Assembly (NCBI GenBank): GCA_950097015.1
Contig: CATNEN010000011.1
Coordinates: 4,650,001 to 4,714,000, forward strand
Origin: Macrostomum hystrix
Taxonomy: Eukaryota > Animalia > Platyhelminthes
Length of the DNA stretch: 64,000 nt
Direction: 5' to 3'
Shown here: positions 40,270 to 53,299 of the stretch, in pieces
How positions within the stretch are numbered: the stretch's first letter is position 1
Layout: each line of letters opens with the position of its first letter
The notes under the pieces: model-generated
Database searches by the model: none
Told to the model about the DNA's origin: nothing
The model's input: the letters and a program-made list of their open reading frames with translations, nothing else
Program-made: the position numbers and the translations under genes

Positions 40270-41822
40270 GGGTAGAGGGTGTCTACTATCTGGTAGAGGG
40301 TGTCTACAATCTGGTAGAGGGTGTCTACTATCTGGTAGAGGGTGTCTACTATCTGGTAGAGGGTGTCTGTTATCTGGTAGAAGGTGTATACTATCTGGTA
40401 GAGGGTGTCTACTATCTGGTAGAGGGTGTCTACTATCTGGTAGAGGGTGTCTACAATCTGGTAGATGGTGTCTACTATCTAGTAGAGGGTGTCTACTTTC
40501 TGGTAGAGGGTGTCTACTATCTGGTAGAGGGTGTCAACTATCTGGTAGAGGGTGTCTACTATCTGGTAGAGGGTGTCTACTATCTGGTAGAGGGTGTCTG
40601 TTATCTGGTAGAAGGTGTCTACTATCTGGTAGAGGGTGTCTACTATCTGGTAGAGGGTGTCTACTATCTGGTAGAGGGTGTCTACTATCTGGTAGAGGGT
40701 GTCTACAATCTGGTAGATGGTGTCTACTATCTAGTAGAGGGTGTCTACTTTCTGGTAGAGGGTGTCTACTATCTGGTAGAGGGTGTCAACTATCTGGTAG
40801 AGGGTGTCTACTATCTGGTAGAGGGTGTCTACTATCTGGTAGAGGGTGTCTACTATCTGGTTGAGGGTGTCTACTATCTGGTTGGGGGTGTCTACTATCT
40901 AGTAGAGGGTGTATTTTATCTGGTAGAAGGTGTCCATTATCTGGTAGAAGGTGTCTACTATCTGGTAGAGGGTGTCAACTATCTGGTAGAGGGTGTCTAC
41001 TATCTAGTAGAGGGTGTCTACTTTCTGGTAGAGGGTGTCTACTATCTGGTAGAGGGTGTCTACTATCTGGTAGAGGGTGTCTACTATCTGGTAGAGGGTG
41101 TCTACAATCTGGTAGATGGTGTCTACTATCTAGTAGAGGGTGTCTACTTTCTGGTAGAGGGTGTCTACTATCTGGTTGGGGGTGTCTGTTATCTGGTAGA
41201 AGGTGTCTACTATCTGGTAGATGGTGTCTACTATCTGGTAGAGGGTGTCTACTATCTGGTAGAGGGTGTCAACTATCTGGTAGAGGGTGTCTACTATCTG
41301 GTAGAAGGTGTCTACTATCTGGTAGAAGGTGTCTACTATCTGGTAGAGGGTGTCTACTATCTGGTAGATGGTGTCTACTATCTAGTAGAGGGTGTCTACT
41401 ATCTGGTAGAGGGTGTCTACTATCTGGTAGAGGGTGTCTACAATCTGGTAGATGGTGTCTACTATCTAGTAGAGGGTGTCTACTTTCTGGTAGAGGGCGT
41501 CTACTATCTGGTAGAGGGTGTCTACTATCTGGTTGGGGGTGTCTGTTATCTGGTAGAAGGTGTCTACTATCTGGTAGATGGTGTCTACTATCTAATTGGG
41601 GGTGTCTACTATCTAGTAGAGGGTGTATTTTATCTGGTAGAAGGTGTCTACTATCTGGTAGAGTGTCTGTTATCTGGTAGAAGGTGTCCATTATCTGGTA
41701 GAGGGTGTCTACTATCTGGTAGAGGGTGTCTACTATCTGGTAGAGGGTGCCTACTTTCTGGTAGAGGGTGTCTACTTTCTGGTAGAGGGTGTCTACTTTC
41801 TGGTAGAGGGTGTCTACTATCT
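40270..41822. repeat. 21-nt minisatellite (CTACTATCTGGTAGAGGGTGT)n upstream of ACP-B
   Basis: About 74 tandem units; explains ORF 39999-41876. Confidence 0.97.
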
Positions 41823-42514
41823 GTTATATGTTGTAAAATAAATAAGATGTATTTCTCAACATACAGAAAGCTATAACAAACAGATTTTTATTACTAAATC
41901 AAAAGTAATAAAGATTTACAGAAAAGGGAATTTTTTGACGGATTATGTACAGCACAGTTTTAAACTCAGTTCATAAGTAGCTATTTTACAATGAATTGTA
42001 ATAAAAAAGTTACACACTAGAGAAGCTAACAGAAGTGAATAAGTTAGTCAAAATTTTACCAGCCTTGAAATACATGAGCATAGCATCAGCTGTTAAACAA
42101 AGAAAACAAATGATAAACGGCAAAAAATACAAAAATTAATTATTAAGTATACAAACGTTAAAAAAAGTTGTGCACTTTCAAAATCATTATGAAACTAATT
42201 ATTAGTTTAAATAAACAAACAGTTAGTAAATTATTGGCTATATTGAAAGCACCAGGGAGAGAATTAATAACAGTGAAAGTAAATAGTTCACTATACATAA
42301 CAGAATATTATATAGTAAGACAATAGCAAAACAATTTTATGATTTTATGACAAGCAGTCATGGATGCAATTCATTTATAGGTCAATAATATTCTTAGTAG
42401 GTAAGCTGTGTGAGTTATTAAAGCCAATTAACACTATAATATTATTACTGTATAGTTATTCTTTCTTAGTCAAACCTATCAATCAAACGCATATAAATCA
42501 CCTCTGGATCAAAA

Positions 42515-43130
42515 TACCAATCCACTATATCTAAATCCCAATCCACTGTATCTAAATCCCAATCCACTATATCTAAATCCCAATCCAATGTATCTGAATC
42601 CCAATCCACTGTATCTAAATCCTAATCCACTGTATCTGAATCCCAATCCACTGTATCTAAATCCTAATCCACTGAATCTGAATCCCAATCCACTGTATCT
42701 AAATCCTAATCCACTGTATCTAAATCCCAATCCAATGTATCTAAATCCCAATCCAATGTATTTAAATCCCAATCCACTGTATCTGAATCCCAATCCAATG
42801 TATCTAAATCCCAATCCACTGTATCTAAATCCCAATCCACTGTATCTGAATCCCAATCCACTGTATCTGAATCCCAATCCACTGTATCTGAATCCCAATC
42901 CGCTGTATCTAAATCCCGATCCGCTGTATCCAAATCCCAGTCCATTGTATCTAAATCCCAATCCACTGTATCTGAATCCCAATCCACTGTATCTAAATCC
43001 CAATCCACTGTATCTGAATCCCAATCCACTGTATCTGAATCCCAATCCACTGTATCTGAATCCCAATCCGCTGTATCTAAATCCCGATCCGCTGTATCCA
43101 AATCCCAGTCCATTGTATCTAAATCCCAAT
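42515..43130. repeat. 21-nt minisatellite (TATCTAAATCCCAATCCACTG)n
   Basis: Tandem units. Confidence 0.96.
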
Positions 43131-43639
43131 CAACCGTATGAAAATTATAATATGAAACAAAAAATGCTTATTATTACACAAATAAACTGTAGAAAACAAG
43201 AATATTTCGAAATGATCGTTTACAGTTGAATATTATCAAAAAGTTTTGGCGATCAAAGACTTTCAAATAAATACAATATTAATTAGAGAATAATTTTTAA
43301 CAGGAAGCAGTTGCTACATTACTTAATAAGATGGATTCTTTAGAAAATAACAAAGATAACAAGACAAGACAAACCCAACAAGGCTAAGATAACAAAAACC
43401 ATCAAATATAATAAAATCAAATAATCATCGAATAAAGAAAGCTAAACAAAAACATGTTGAAAAACATAGAACAACAGAAATATAAAAAGCTTAATAAACG
43501 CACAACAAAGTGCAAACAAAATACCTTTCTTAATAATATGGTTGCGTCATATAATTAGGGTAGGGAGCTCGCTTAGGCCAGTGTAAACTCAGTGCGACGG
43601 GGCTGGGGTTAATAATTAACTTAGGCAAGAGTACATAGG

Positions 43640-43955
43640 TAACAGGAATGGGGTTGGCAGCTCAGGCCGTTGACAATGGGGACAGCAAGGAGGAATGGGT
43701 TGGCTGCATAGGACAATGTACATTGGGGTATGAAGGAGGAATGGGGTTGCTGCATAGGACAATGTACTTTGGGGTATGAAGGAGGAATGGGGTTGCCTGC
43801 ATAGGACAATGTACATTGGAGTATGAAGGAGGAATGGGGTTGGCAGCTTAGACCAATGTACATTCGGGTATGAAGGAGGAATAAGTTGCTGCATAGGAAT
43901 GTACATTGGAGTATGAAGGAGGAATGGGGTTGGCAGCTTAGACCAATGTACATTT
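43640..43955. repeat. ~43-47-nt minisatellite
   Basis: Units GGAATGGGGTTG..CATAGGACAATGTACATTGG.GTATGAAGGA. Confidence 0.9.
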
Positions 43956-44669
43956 AGGGTAGCAAGGATTAAGGTTAATTAGCGCTCATGTACAAGGAGT
44001 TGATATGGGTTTTAGTTAGAAGTTGAGGCAAGTGTACATTCGGGTAGCAGTAAGGTGGGATCAGAATCAAAATGAAAAAATAATCAAAAAAGTAATGATT
44101 TAAATCGAAACAATGTAAATTACTCAAAAGATGTCAGTGGAGACAAAATGTTCTATTATTCTACTATTATTCTGCTTAAAATTGAAAAGTCTTTTTCATA
44201 GAATGCGTCGCAATCAAAATTTGTGCGGTAATGATATAATGGTCAATAAATAGGGTGCATTTGTTCTTCTCCAAAATCAATAATCAAAAATGACTTCCAT
44301 CGTCTACTTAAAGTAGTCGAAAGTGGAGATCCAGAAAGTCAACAAGAGACAAAGAAATATATAGAAAAAACAATGTTAATTAAACAAGAAACATAAGCTG
44401 TTGTTCCTTGCTATTTTTTAAACTGGAAACACCACGGGGATATTTCAAATAGCCACATTTTTCTTTTTTTCTGTATCTCCCATAAAGGGAGGAAATTTGT
44501 AATTCAGATTATAGAATTTCACGAAATTCGGTCATTCGCATTGAGATTTATCATAAACTAGGCAGTGGGTGTTTAAGATACCTCCCTGGTATTTCCCCGG
44601 GGGCAAATTGTGTGGTTTCTCTACTGTTACAAGGAAACGAAAACAAAAAGTCGAGCATCAGCTGGTACT

Positions 44670-45435
44670 TTAGCTAGTGTCAACTGATACAACTCCCCGC
44701 CTACGCTTCATTGGATGCTGAGGCTCCTGAGGCGGCAGCCTGCCAATCAGGTAGTCCACAATGCGCCTGTCCGGGGGCACAAACCTGTCCAAGCCGCACA
44801 GGCGGAGAATATCGCTGGCTCGATGGACACCGGACCAGAACGCGCCGTGGGTGCATTGGTAGGCTTCGCTAAGTGACACGGTGGCTTCGCCGGCGAATAA
44901 TAGACGCGGCGGACAGCCAGTTGAAGGCGCCGGCAGCGGGCTGGCATAGACGGTCCTGTCTGACTCGCTGCAGCCCAATTCGCCAGAAGTGTAAGATCCC
45001 AGAGTCCAGGGATCCTCAGACCAGCGAGTCACCAGACTGTAGATCTGAGCGAGGGTGCGGGTAGATAAAAAATGACGACTCGAACCACTTTGAACAGATG
45101 TACAGCCGCAACTAATTCACATACAAAGGTTGTGTACAGCTGACCAGTCCATGGACAGAGGAGACGGCCACATCCGCCATAATTTTCTACCCAAGCTTGG
45201 GTGAACTTAAGCAATGACTAATTTATTGTCTAGATCAAAGACAATTTTTTTATTCCTGGCTAAGAATAGAACTACAAGACCGCTGTGCCAGAATCTCTAA
45301 ATCATTGCCAATTGACTGGAAACCTCTATGCGGATGTGTGCAGTAGTAGGTAATGATTGTTGATAGTACAAAGTGCGTTTTAAGACAAAATATAAGCTGT
45401 GACCACAAAGTTACCAAGATACAAAAAAGGCAATA

Positions 45436-45474
<39 letters not shown>

Positions 45475-48400
45475 GGCAGACAGACAGGCAGACAGACAGA
45501 CAGACAGACAGCTCGGAGCTCACAGGCTGCTGAGCCCCAGCTGTCGCGGGGTACATCCGGTGCAGTGCGTCAACAATGACTCCAACAATCTGGTGATCGG
45601 AGAGGCTGGCAGTTCGCATTCCGCAGCCGCCAAACAGGTGAGCCATGAGAACGCCAGTCTTGCCGTAGAGGTGCAAATTGAGCAGGTGCACTCTGGGATC
45701 TGGGCACTCCAGATGCGGCGCATCCAAATCCCAGAAAGGCCGGGCAAATCTGAGCACTACTTTGTCGTGCGTTTCAGCTCCAACTTTCGGTATGCCAAGA
45801 CGATCAAGGGCCTTGTTTTTGGGAAAGGATTAAGATGTAATTTAATCTATAGAATGGGATCTATAGAATACATATAGATTTAAATCTAGAGAGTTTGGGA
45901 TCTAGAGAGTTTGGGATCTATAGAGAGTTTGGGATCTATAGAGAGTTTGGGATCTAGAGTTTGGGATCTATAGAGTTTGGGATCTATAGAGTTTGGGATC
46001 TATAGAGTTTGGGATCTATAGAGAGTTTGGGATCTATAGAGAGTTTGGGATCTATAGAGTTTGGGATAAATAGAGTTTAGGATCTATAGAGAGTTTGGGA
46101 TCTATAGAGAGTTTGGGATCTATAGAGAGTTTGGGATCTATAGAGTTTAGGATCTATAGAGAGTTTGGGATCTATAGAGAGTTTGGGATCTATAGAGTTT
46201 GGGATCTATAGAGATTTTTGGGATCTATAGAGAGTTTGGGATCTATAGAGTTTAGGAACTATAGAGAGTTTGGGATCTATAGAGAGTTTGGGATCTATAG
46301 AGTTTGGGATCAATAGAGTTTAGGGTCTATAGAGAGTTTGGGATCTATAGAGAGTTTGGGATCAGAGAAGTTTGGGATCAGAGAAGTTTGGGATCTATAG
46401 AGAGTTTGGGATCTATAGAGTTTGGGATCTATAGAGATTTTTGGGATCTATAGAGAGTTTGGGATCTATAGAGTTTGGGATCTATAGAGAGTTTGGGATC
46501 TATAGAGTTTGGGATCTATAGAGATTTTTGGGATCTATAGAGAGTTTGGGATCTATAGAGTTTAGGATCTATAGAGAGTTTGGGATCTATAGAGAGTTTG
46601 GGATCTATAGAGTTTGGGATCTATAGAGTTTGGGATCTATAGAGAGTTTGGGATCAGAGAAGTTTGGGATCAGAGAAGTTTGGGATCAGAGAAATTTAGG
46701 ATCAGAGAAGTATAGGATTCGGAAAAAATAGGAAGTGCATTAAGCGACAAGTTTAGAAATCTGTGCATTTCTAGAATTTGGGAAGTTAAAAGTTCCTTTT
46801 AGGTAGAATTTATTGGGACCAACAATTAATTTAAACAGGCAAATACCTGCTGCTTTGCCCGTGGCAGCTGTGGAGTGAAGGTGACACTGCTGGAATCGTG
46901 CAAGCATTTCAACACACCCGCAGGCAAGGTAATCAAACAGCAGTGCTTGGCTTTGAATACTCGACCGTCTGAGCAGCGCACGGCCACTTGGTGACCCTCC
47001 GTCCAGTCTATGGCCTTAACCGGACTGGACAATCGAATGTCCAAATCTTTGGCTAAGAAGTCGGTGATTGCGGAGAAACCGCTGACCTGGAAGAAGCGGG
47101 TTTTTGGAGGATCAACAAAATATTTTGAGTAGAAACACCGCGCTAGCACCGGGGTATTTTAGATACCCACTGTCTACTTCACGATAGCTACCAAACTAAA
47201 TGACCGGTTTTTGTGAAAGTCCACCATGTTAATAAAACTTTCCACCCCTTTCCGATGAACTAATCGATTTATATATTGGTTCAATAATATTAAAATATTG
47301 ACGGCAAACAAGGCACAGTGACAGTGTGCACTATCACACGATCATGTGCCTGACGATGAGAAACTCAGGGCAGATGTACACAGCTGTGTGAGCATGTGCC
47401 TGCATACGGTATCTGTGTGCGTGTGTGCTCAGGAGTCAGCGGAAGATGCTAAATCTAGTGCGACTAAATGATGTGCTATTGTAATCAGAATTTCGTAATC
47501 AGAAAATTTTTTGCCAATATTGGTCACAAGACGCCCCGACGAGAATCAACCTCTCTGGACATCAGCCTCGCTACCCTCGACATCTTTATGTACTGTGAGT
47601 GGGAGACCCTTGTCACGCTGGGCTCGGACCACCTGCCCATTCTGCTTACTATCAGCACCGTGGAGTCCCCAGCGCCAGCTACTCAACGCTCCTTTGTCAA
47701 CTTCAAGAAGGCAAATTCGGAGAAATTCACTACTGAATGTGAAGACCTGTTTGAGAAGCTTCCTGCTCCCAGGCATCCTCATCCTGGAGAGAAAGTCTTC
47801 AGGCAAGCTGTCCTTCAAGCAGCTAAACACCACATCCCAGCCGGAAAAATTCAACATTTTCGCCCTCACTTCCCACCGGAAGCCGACGCCCTCTGCAAGC
47901 AAAAAGACCTCATTCGCACGGACAACCCGCAGTCGGAAGCTATCGCCATCATTCAAGACGAAATCAACCAGATCTGCTCCAACTTCCGCCGGGCGAACTG
48001 GAGGGAAAAGCTTTCAAGAGCAGTTCAGCATCAAACACTAGGTCTCTGAACTGTGGCGTACCATCAAGAACCTCAGCGGTAAAGGCAACAAAGAAAACTC
48101 CACTGGCATCCTTTTTGACGAGCTTCCCTTAACTGATCCCAAAAGCATTGCTAAGGACTTCAACAGGCAGATCTTTGACCAAATTCATCCGGCCACCCCG
48201 GACGATAGACGCCTCAAAAGGGACATCAGGCTTTCCCCCACAAATGGCTTCCTGCTAACGTCCAAAGACGCCACGTCGGCTATCAAAAGCTCTTCGCCAT
48301 CCAAAGCCACTGGACCGGATGGCCTTTCCCCCATCGTCCTGAAGCATCTTGGACCAAGGGGAATTGCCTTCCTCTGTTGCCTTTTCAACCTGAGCCTCAC

Positions 48401-50088
48401 CACCAGTATCGTTCCTAGCACCTGGACATCTGCCAAGGTAGTGCCTCTTCTCAAAGCGGACAAAGATGCTACCTGCAGCTCCTCCTACAGGCCTATCTCC
48501 ATCCTTTCTCCAGCCGCCAAATTGCTGGAAAAGTGCCTGCTGTCCACCTTTCAGAGCGCACTCCTGCTTCCCACCTGGCAGCATGGCTTCCGCGCCGGAC
48601 ACTCCACCGCCACCGCCCTTACCTGCCTCACCAGCTCCATCAGCAACGGCCTTAATCAACCTAAACCTGCTGAGAGGACTCTGCTCGTCGCACTTGATCT
48701 GCAAAAAGCGTTTGATAAAGTTAATCACGCCAAGCTCCTCCGGATGCTCTTTAACTCCAGCCTTCCGAAATGCCTCACCAGGTGGCTCAGTGCGTACCTG
48801 TGCGTCGGAGCACGAGAGACCTCTTCCGCGGCTCGCTCTCCTCGGCCAGGCGTCTCAGAGCGGGCGTGCCTCAGGGAGGGGTTCTGTCCCCGCTCCTCTT
48901 TGCCTTCTACTTGAGTGACATCCCGGCCCCACCTGCCCAGATCCAGCTGACTCAATATGCTGACGACCTCACCGTCTGCACGAGAGGCCCCATTGTCGCC
49001 AACCTGGCCACTGTCATCCAACCGTACCTGGACCAGCTGTGTGACTACCTCGATGAACTCGAAGAAGGACCTCGCGCTGTGGCCGACAAAGTCCTCCGCT
49101 ACTCTCTTCACGAGCTCCAACCATGAGTTCAATGCAGCTCCGACGGTCTTTCTCTGTGGAACTCCTGTTCCTACGGTTTGCAACCCTAAGCTGCTTGGAG
49201 TCCTTTTCGACCCACTCCTTAAATTTCACCTGCACGCCAAGGCAATCACCAGCCGCATCAAATGCAACAACAACATCCTGAAAGCGCTGTCCAGAAGCAC
49301 CTGGGGACAAAATAAAGAGACCCTGCTTGTCACCTACAAAGCTATCTCCAGGGCCAAGTCAACTACTGCGCTCCTGTATGGGCGCCCTACCTTAGCCCCT
49401 CCAGCTGGTCGCTGATCCAGACTGCGCAGAACACAGCGCTTAGAATCATCACCGGGTGCCACAGCTGCTCGGGCATCGATCATCTTCATGACGAATGTAT
49501 GATCCTGCCGGTGTCCCTGCACTCTGAACTTCTGGCAGCGCAGTTCTGGGTGCAAGCGCTTCATCCGTGCCAACCATGTCATCATCTGTCGCTCGTCCCG
49601 GCCCCGCGGCGGCAACTTCCCTCGTCGCTCACCAACTGCGCTATCAACTTCCTCAACGCGCATCAGCCGCTTCTCCGTCCCTCCCCCGGTCCGCTCACCA
49701 CCCGCCAGGTTTCCACCGCCCTCCACACCGCTTGCGTGCAGAAACGCCTGCTAGACCGGCAACCAAATCGGGTCCTCGGCGCGCTACCGCCTGTGATCGA
49801 CGCTTCCGAGACGCAGTTGCCGCGCTTTGCCCGGGCCACGCTAGCCCAACTCCGGTCGGGTTTCCGCATTCACCTGGCCAATTATAAGCACCGCCTCGAC
49901 CAGGAGTCGCCTGCCACCTGCCCGCGTTGCCACGGCGAGGAAGAGTCGGTCACGCATCTGTTCGCCTGCCCGGCTCGTCCCACCTCGCTCGTCCCGCGGG
50001 ATCTCTGGTCCCAGCCCAAGACCTCTGGGACTTCTTCGCCGAGCTTTTCCCAGGAGCAGGTACTGGCCCTGGCCCGCCGAGCCCAGGT

Positions 50089-50133
<45 letters not shown>

Positions 50134-53083
50134 AATCGTTGAATATCTCGACGATGCCGATGTTTTGTGATATTGGGAGTTGTTTCATCGGATAGAGCGA
50201 AAAAGTTTAGCCCGTGTTTTGGGTTAAAACATGAAAAGAAAAAAAATGAGGTTATTTTGAATTACCCGTCGTGGTCCTTCTACTGCTAAAGGCTCCTTAA
50301 ATTGACTCTTTAATCTCACAATTTCTTGAATCCTAAAGACAGTAATGAATGAATTAATTTGTTATTAATTAATATCTGCCCCAATTGGGTCAGCTCAGTC
50401 CATGGACTGGGGGGACGCCACACCTATCCTCAATTAGCCCAGCGAATGCTGGTACCCATTTAACAGCTGGGTGGACTGAAGCAATGCAGAGTTAAGTGTC
50501 TTGCTAAATGACACAAATTGTTAAAAGTGGAGTCTGGAATCGAACCCCCGAACTTCAAGTCGTGAGTCCGTGCACTCAGACTAAAGACAGTGCACTCACC
50601 ACTAGCCTATCCTCGTGCCTCTGCTTAGGTTTGACAGCAACGCAGATATCCGGCTTACGCGAGGCAGCCAGTTTGTCGCGCAGATACTGAACAAATCTAT
50701 CGCGCTCACCGGGCGGCGGATAGGCAGGATCGGTGTGATAGGCCAGTGCCAGGTAAGCGTCGTAGCCAATCAGGCTGACTTCGCTAGCCGGCAGGCGGCT
50801 AAACGGATTGACGTAGGCTATGAGACGAGCGCAGAGCGAGCTGAATATGCCCTGCTCTAATTTGCTTAGGTTCTGACTAGGCCGACGACCGTGATGGCAG
50901 TGCATGCGGAGTATGGCTCTGCGAGATCGGAATGTGGCAGGAACCGATAGAACTCAGTTTAAAATCGGTCATAACATCGTTCGGCTTAATCAGCCAAAAA
51001 CCACCATCATGTTTAAAATCAGTCATAGACAAAAATTAAGTAAAAAACTGGTCATAAACCACCATCATGTTTAGAATCGGTCATAGACAAACATAAAGTA
51101 AAAAACTGGTCATAAACCACCATCATGTTTAAAATCAGTCATAGACAAACATTAAGTAAAAAACTGGTCATAAACCATCATTCAGGTTAAAATCGGTCAT
51201 AACCCTTCAATCAGGTTAATATCGGTCATAAACCATCATTCAGGTTAAAATCGGTCATAAGTCATAACCCATCATTCATTTTAGAATAGGTCATAAAAAA
51301 TCATTCAGTTTAGAATAGGTCATCATTCAGCTTAGAATAGGTCATAAACAATCATTCAGTTTAGAATAGGTCATAAACGATCATTTAGTTTAGAATAGGT
51401 CATAAAACCATCATTCAGTTTAGAATAGGTCATAAGCAATCATTCAGTTTAGAATAGGTCATAACCAATCAATCAGTTTAGAATGGGTCATAAGCTATCA
51501 TTCAGTTTAGAATAGGTCATAAGCTATCATTCAGTTTAGAATAGGTCATAAACTATCATTCAGTTCAGAATAGGTCATAAACAATCATTCAGTTCAGAAT
51601 AGGTCATAAGCTATCATTCAGTTTAGAATAGGTCATAAGCTATCAATCAGTTTAGAATAGGTCATAAGCAATCATTCAGTTTAGAATAGGTCGTAAACAA
51701 TCAATCAGTTTCAAGAATAGTTCATAAACAATCAATCAGTTTCAAGAATAGGTCATAAACTATCATTCAGTTTAGAATAGGTCATAAGCAATCATTCAGT
51801 TAAAAAAATCTGGCATAAGCAATTACACAGATGACTAAAAAACTTACTTGGTGGAAGCACGAAACACGGAATGCAAGGACACCCAGTTGGCATTTCTAAG
51901 TCGTCTCACAGCGGCCAAACAGTGCATTAGGCATTGGTCAAACAGAAAACAGACGTCAGCCACAGTCTCAATCGGAATTTCATTGCCCGTGTCCAGATCC
52001 CGCCAGACAGCCACTTCGGCCGATTCCCAGCCTCGATATTTGTCACCGATATCTGCCGGAGCTACGCAGGTTTGCACTTTTAGATGCCTGGCAATAAATA
52101 TTATCAAAGACATATTTAAATAAACGTGATGATAAAAACTATTTTTAATTTTAAGACCGACTACCGAGACATTTTGCCGCCCTTTTTTATACCAAGGGGG
52201 TACAATTATTTTTCTACACCCGAACGGGGCAACGCATGCACACCAACCAACCTTTTGTTGTGCATCTTTTGAAACAGGTATCAAGTCGCCAGCTCTTCAG
52301 ACCATCGAGATATTCAACGATTCTGGCTAAAGGTAAGATTTCTACCGCTTGGTAGTTCTACTGATTAATAGCTACAGTTTTGTCTAATTTTAAACTTCCA
52401 ACTCTAAACTGACGATTTTGGAAAGTGTCTTACAATCTTAAAATGCTCCTTAATCAAAATTTCGCATTCAAGTGTGGTCTTGCAAACATTTTCAACAATA
52501 GTCACCTAGCCAAATGAAAAAGCGGCTGTTCCAATTGCGAAGCGGAACAGCCGTGCAGATAATTGGCGCCAAGATCAACGGCTACCTCTGGCAGGCCGTG
52601 CAGCTCAGAGGCGGGCAGCTTGACCGTGTGAATCCTTCCGCCGATTCTATCGCGAGCCTCCACTAGCACGCATTTAAGACCGGCTTTGTGCAGCAATCGA
52701 GCAGCAGCTAGACCAGAAACACCCGCGCCAACTATCACTACATCGAATATCGAATCAGAATCAGAGTCCGACAGCGTTACAGAATTAGATTTAGAAGTAT
52801 TCGAACTATTCGATGCGGCTTTAGAAGCGGTGGATGTACTAGGCGAAGGTAGCAACATTGATGAAGACAGAGACGAAGCAATCGAAGTGTCACTATCTAT
52901 GGCAGCATCGGCTGCCACTGTTGAATTTCTAGTTTCATTTGCATCTGGCTGAATTACTTCCGAAGCAGTTTGATCATTGTTTGAAATGCATGATAAATTA
53001 ATTAAGTTTGTAACATTATCAATTTGACTAGATGTTAATGATCCATCTGTTGTTGACTCGTAGTTAGCGCAGCTTCCCACCAT
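44670..53083 (-). CDS. Flavin-containing amine oxidase (polyamine oxidase/LSD1-like superfamily); 6 exons, ~679 aa
   Basis: Exons 53083-52506, 52087-51848, 50918-50600, 47086-46847, 45811-45524, 45044-44670 (phases 2, 2, 0, 0, 0). FAD motifs [56 protein letters not shown] and FAGEAT...HGAFWSG. Confidence 0.92.
45435..45510. repeat. (GACA)n microsatellite next to the oxidase exon 5 donor
   Basis: Direct reading. Confidence 0.95.
45860..46720. repeat. 16-18-nt minisatellite (GAGAGTTTGGGATCTATA)n, oxidase intron 4
   Basis: Tandem units. Confidence 0.96.
47311..47445 (+). mobile_element. SINE family B partial copy
   Basis: GGCACAGTGACAGTGT...CAGATGTACAC...GTGTGTGCTCAGGAGTCAGCGGAA matches family B. 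Confidence 0.8.
47548..50130 (+). mobile_element. 5'-truncated, frameshifted non-LTR retrotransposon (APE-RT-CCHC; clade not assigned), antisense in oxidase intron 3
   Basis: Endonuclease C-terminal SDHLPI; RT motifs [46 protein letters not shown]; C-terminal [17 protein letters not shown]; (CA)n tail to 50130. Candidate TSD GAGAATC at 47541-47547 and 50131-50137. Split over at least 5 ORFs. Confidence 0.93.
50350..50590 (-). mobile_element. tRNA-derived CORE-like SINE (family A)
   Basis: Reverse complement of the 16460-16770 element (head GGACTCACGACTTGAAGTTCGGGGGTTCGATTCC, core and 3' end GACCCAATTGGGGCAG). Confidence 0.87.
51000..51820. repeat. 29-nt minisatellite (TCATTCAGTTTAGAATAGGTCATAAACAA)n with a ~58-nt dimeric variant, oxidase intron 2
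   Basis: Tandem units grading from the ~58-nt form to the 29-nt form. Confidence 0.94.
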
Positions 53084-53299
53084 GACTTCTCTTTTCTACC
53101 TTAATATATCAAACAACTCAATACCAGAAAGTTGCAGCGTATGCTTAACCAAAATTCTGCTGAAAATTTTCGAAAAATGGTTCACATTTATCAAGTCTAG
53201 AGAAAATTAAAAGTAATATTTTAACAAATCTTATTCCTTTCTTAGTTTACTGCTAATTACACCTATAGGAGAGTAGTAAACCTGAAGGATAGCATTTGA

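Noticed and set aside
42509-43229. GFRYSGL / YLNPNPL / DWDLDTV repeat proteins
   Set aside because: A 21-nt unit gives open frames on both strands; no splice, start or signal context.
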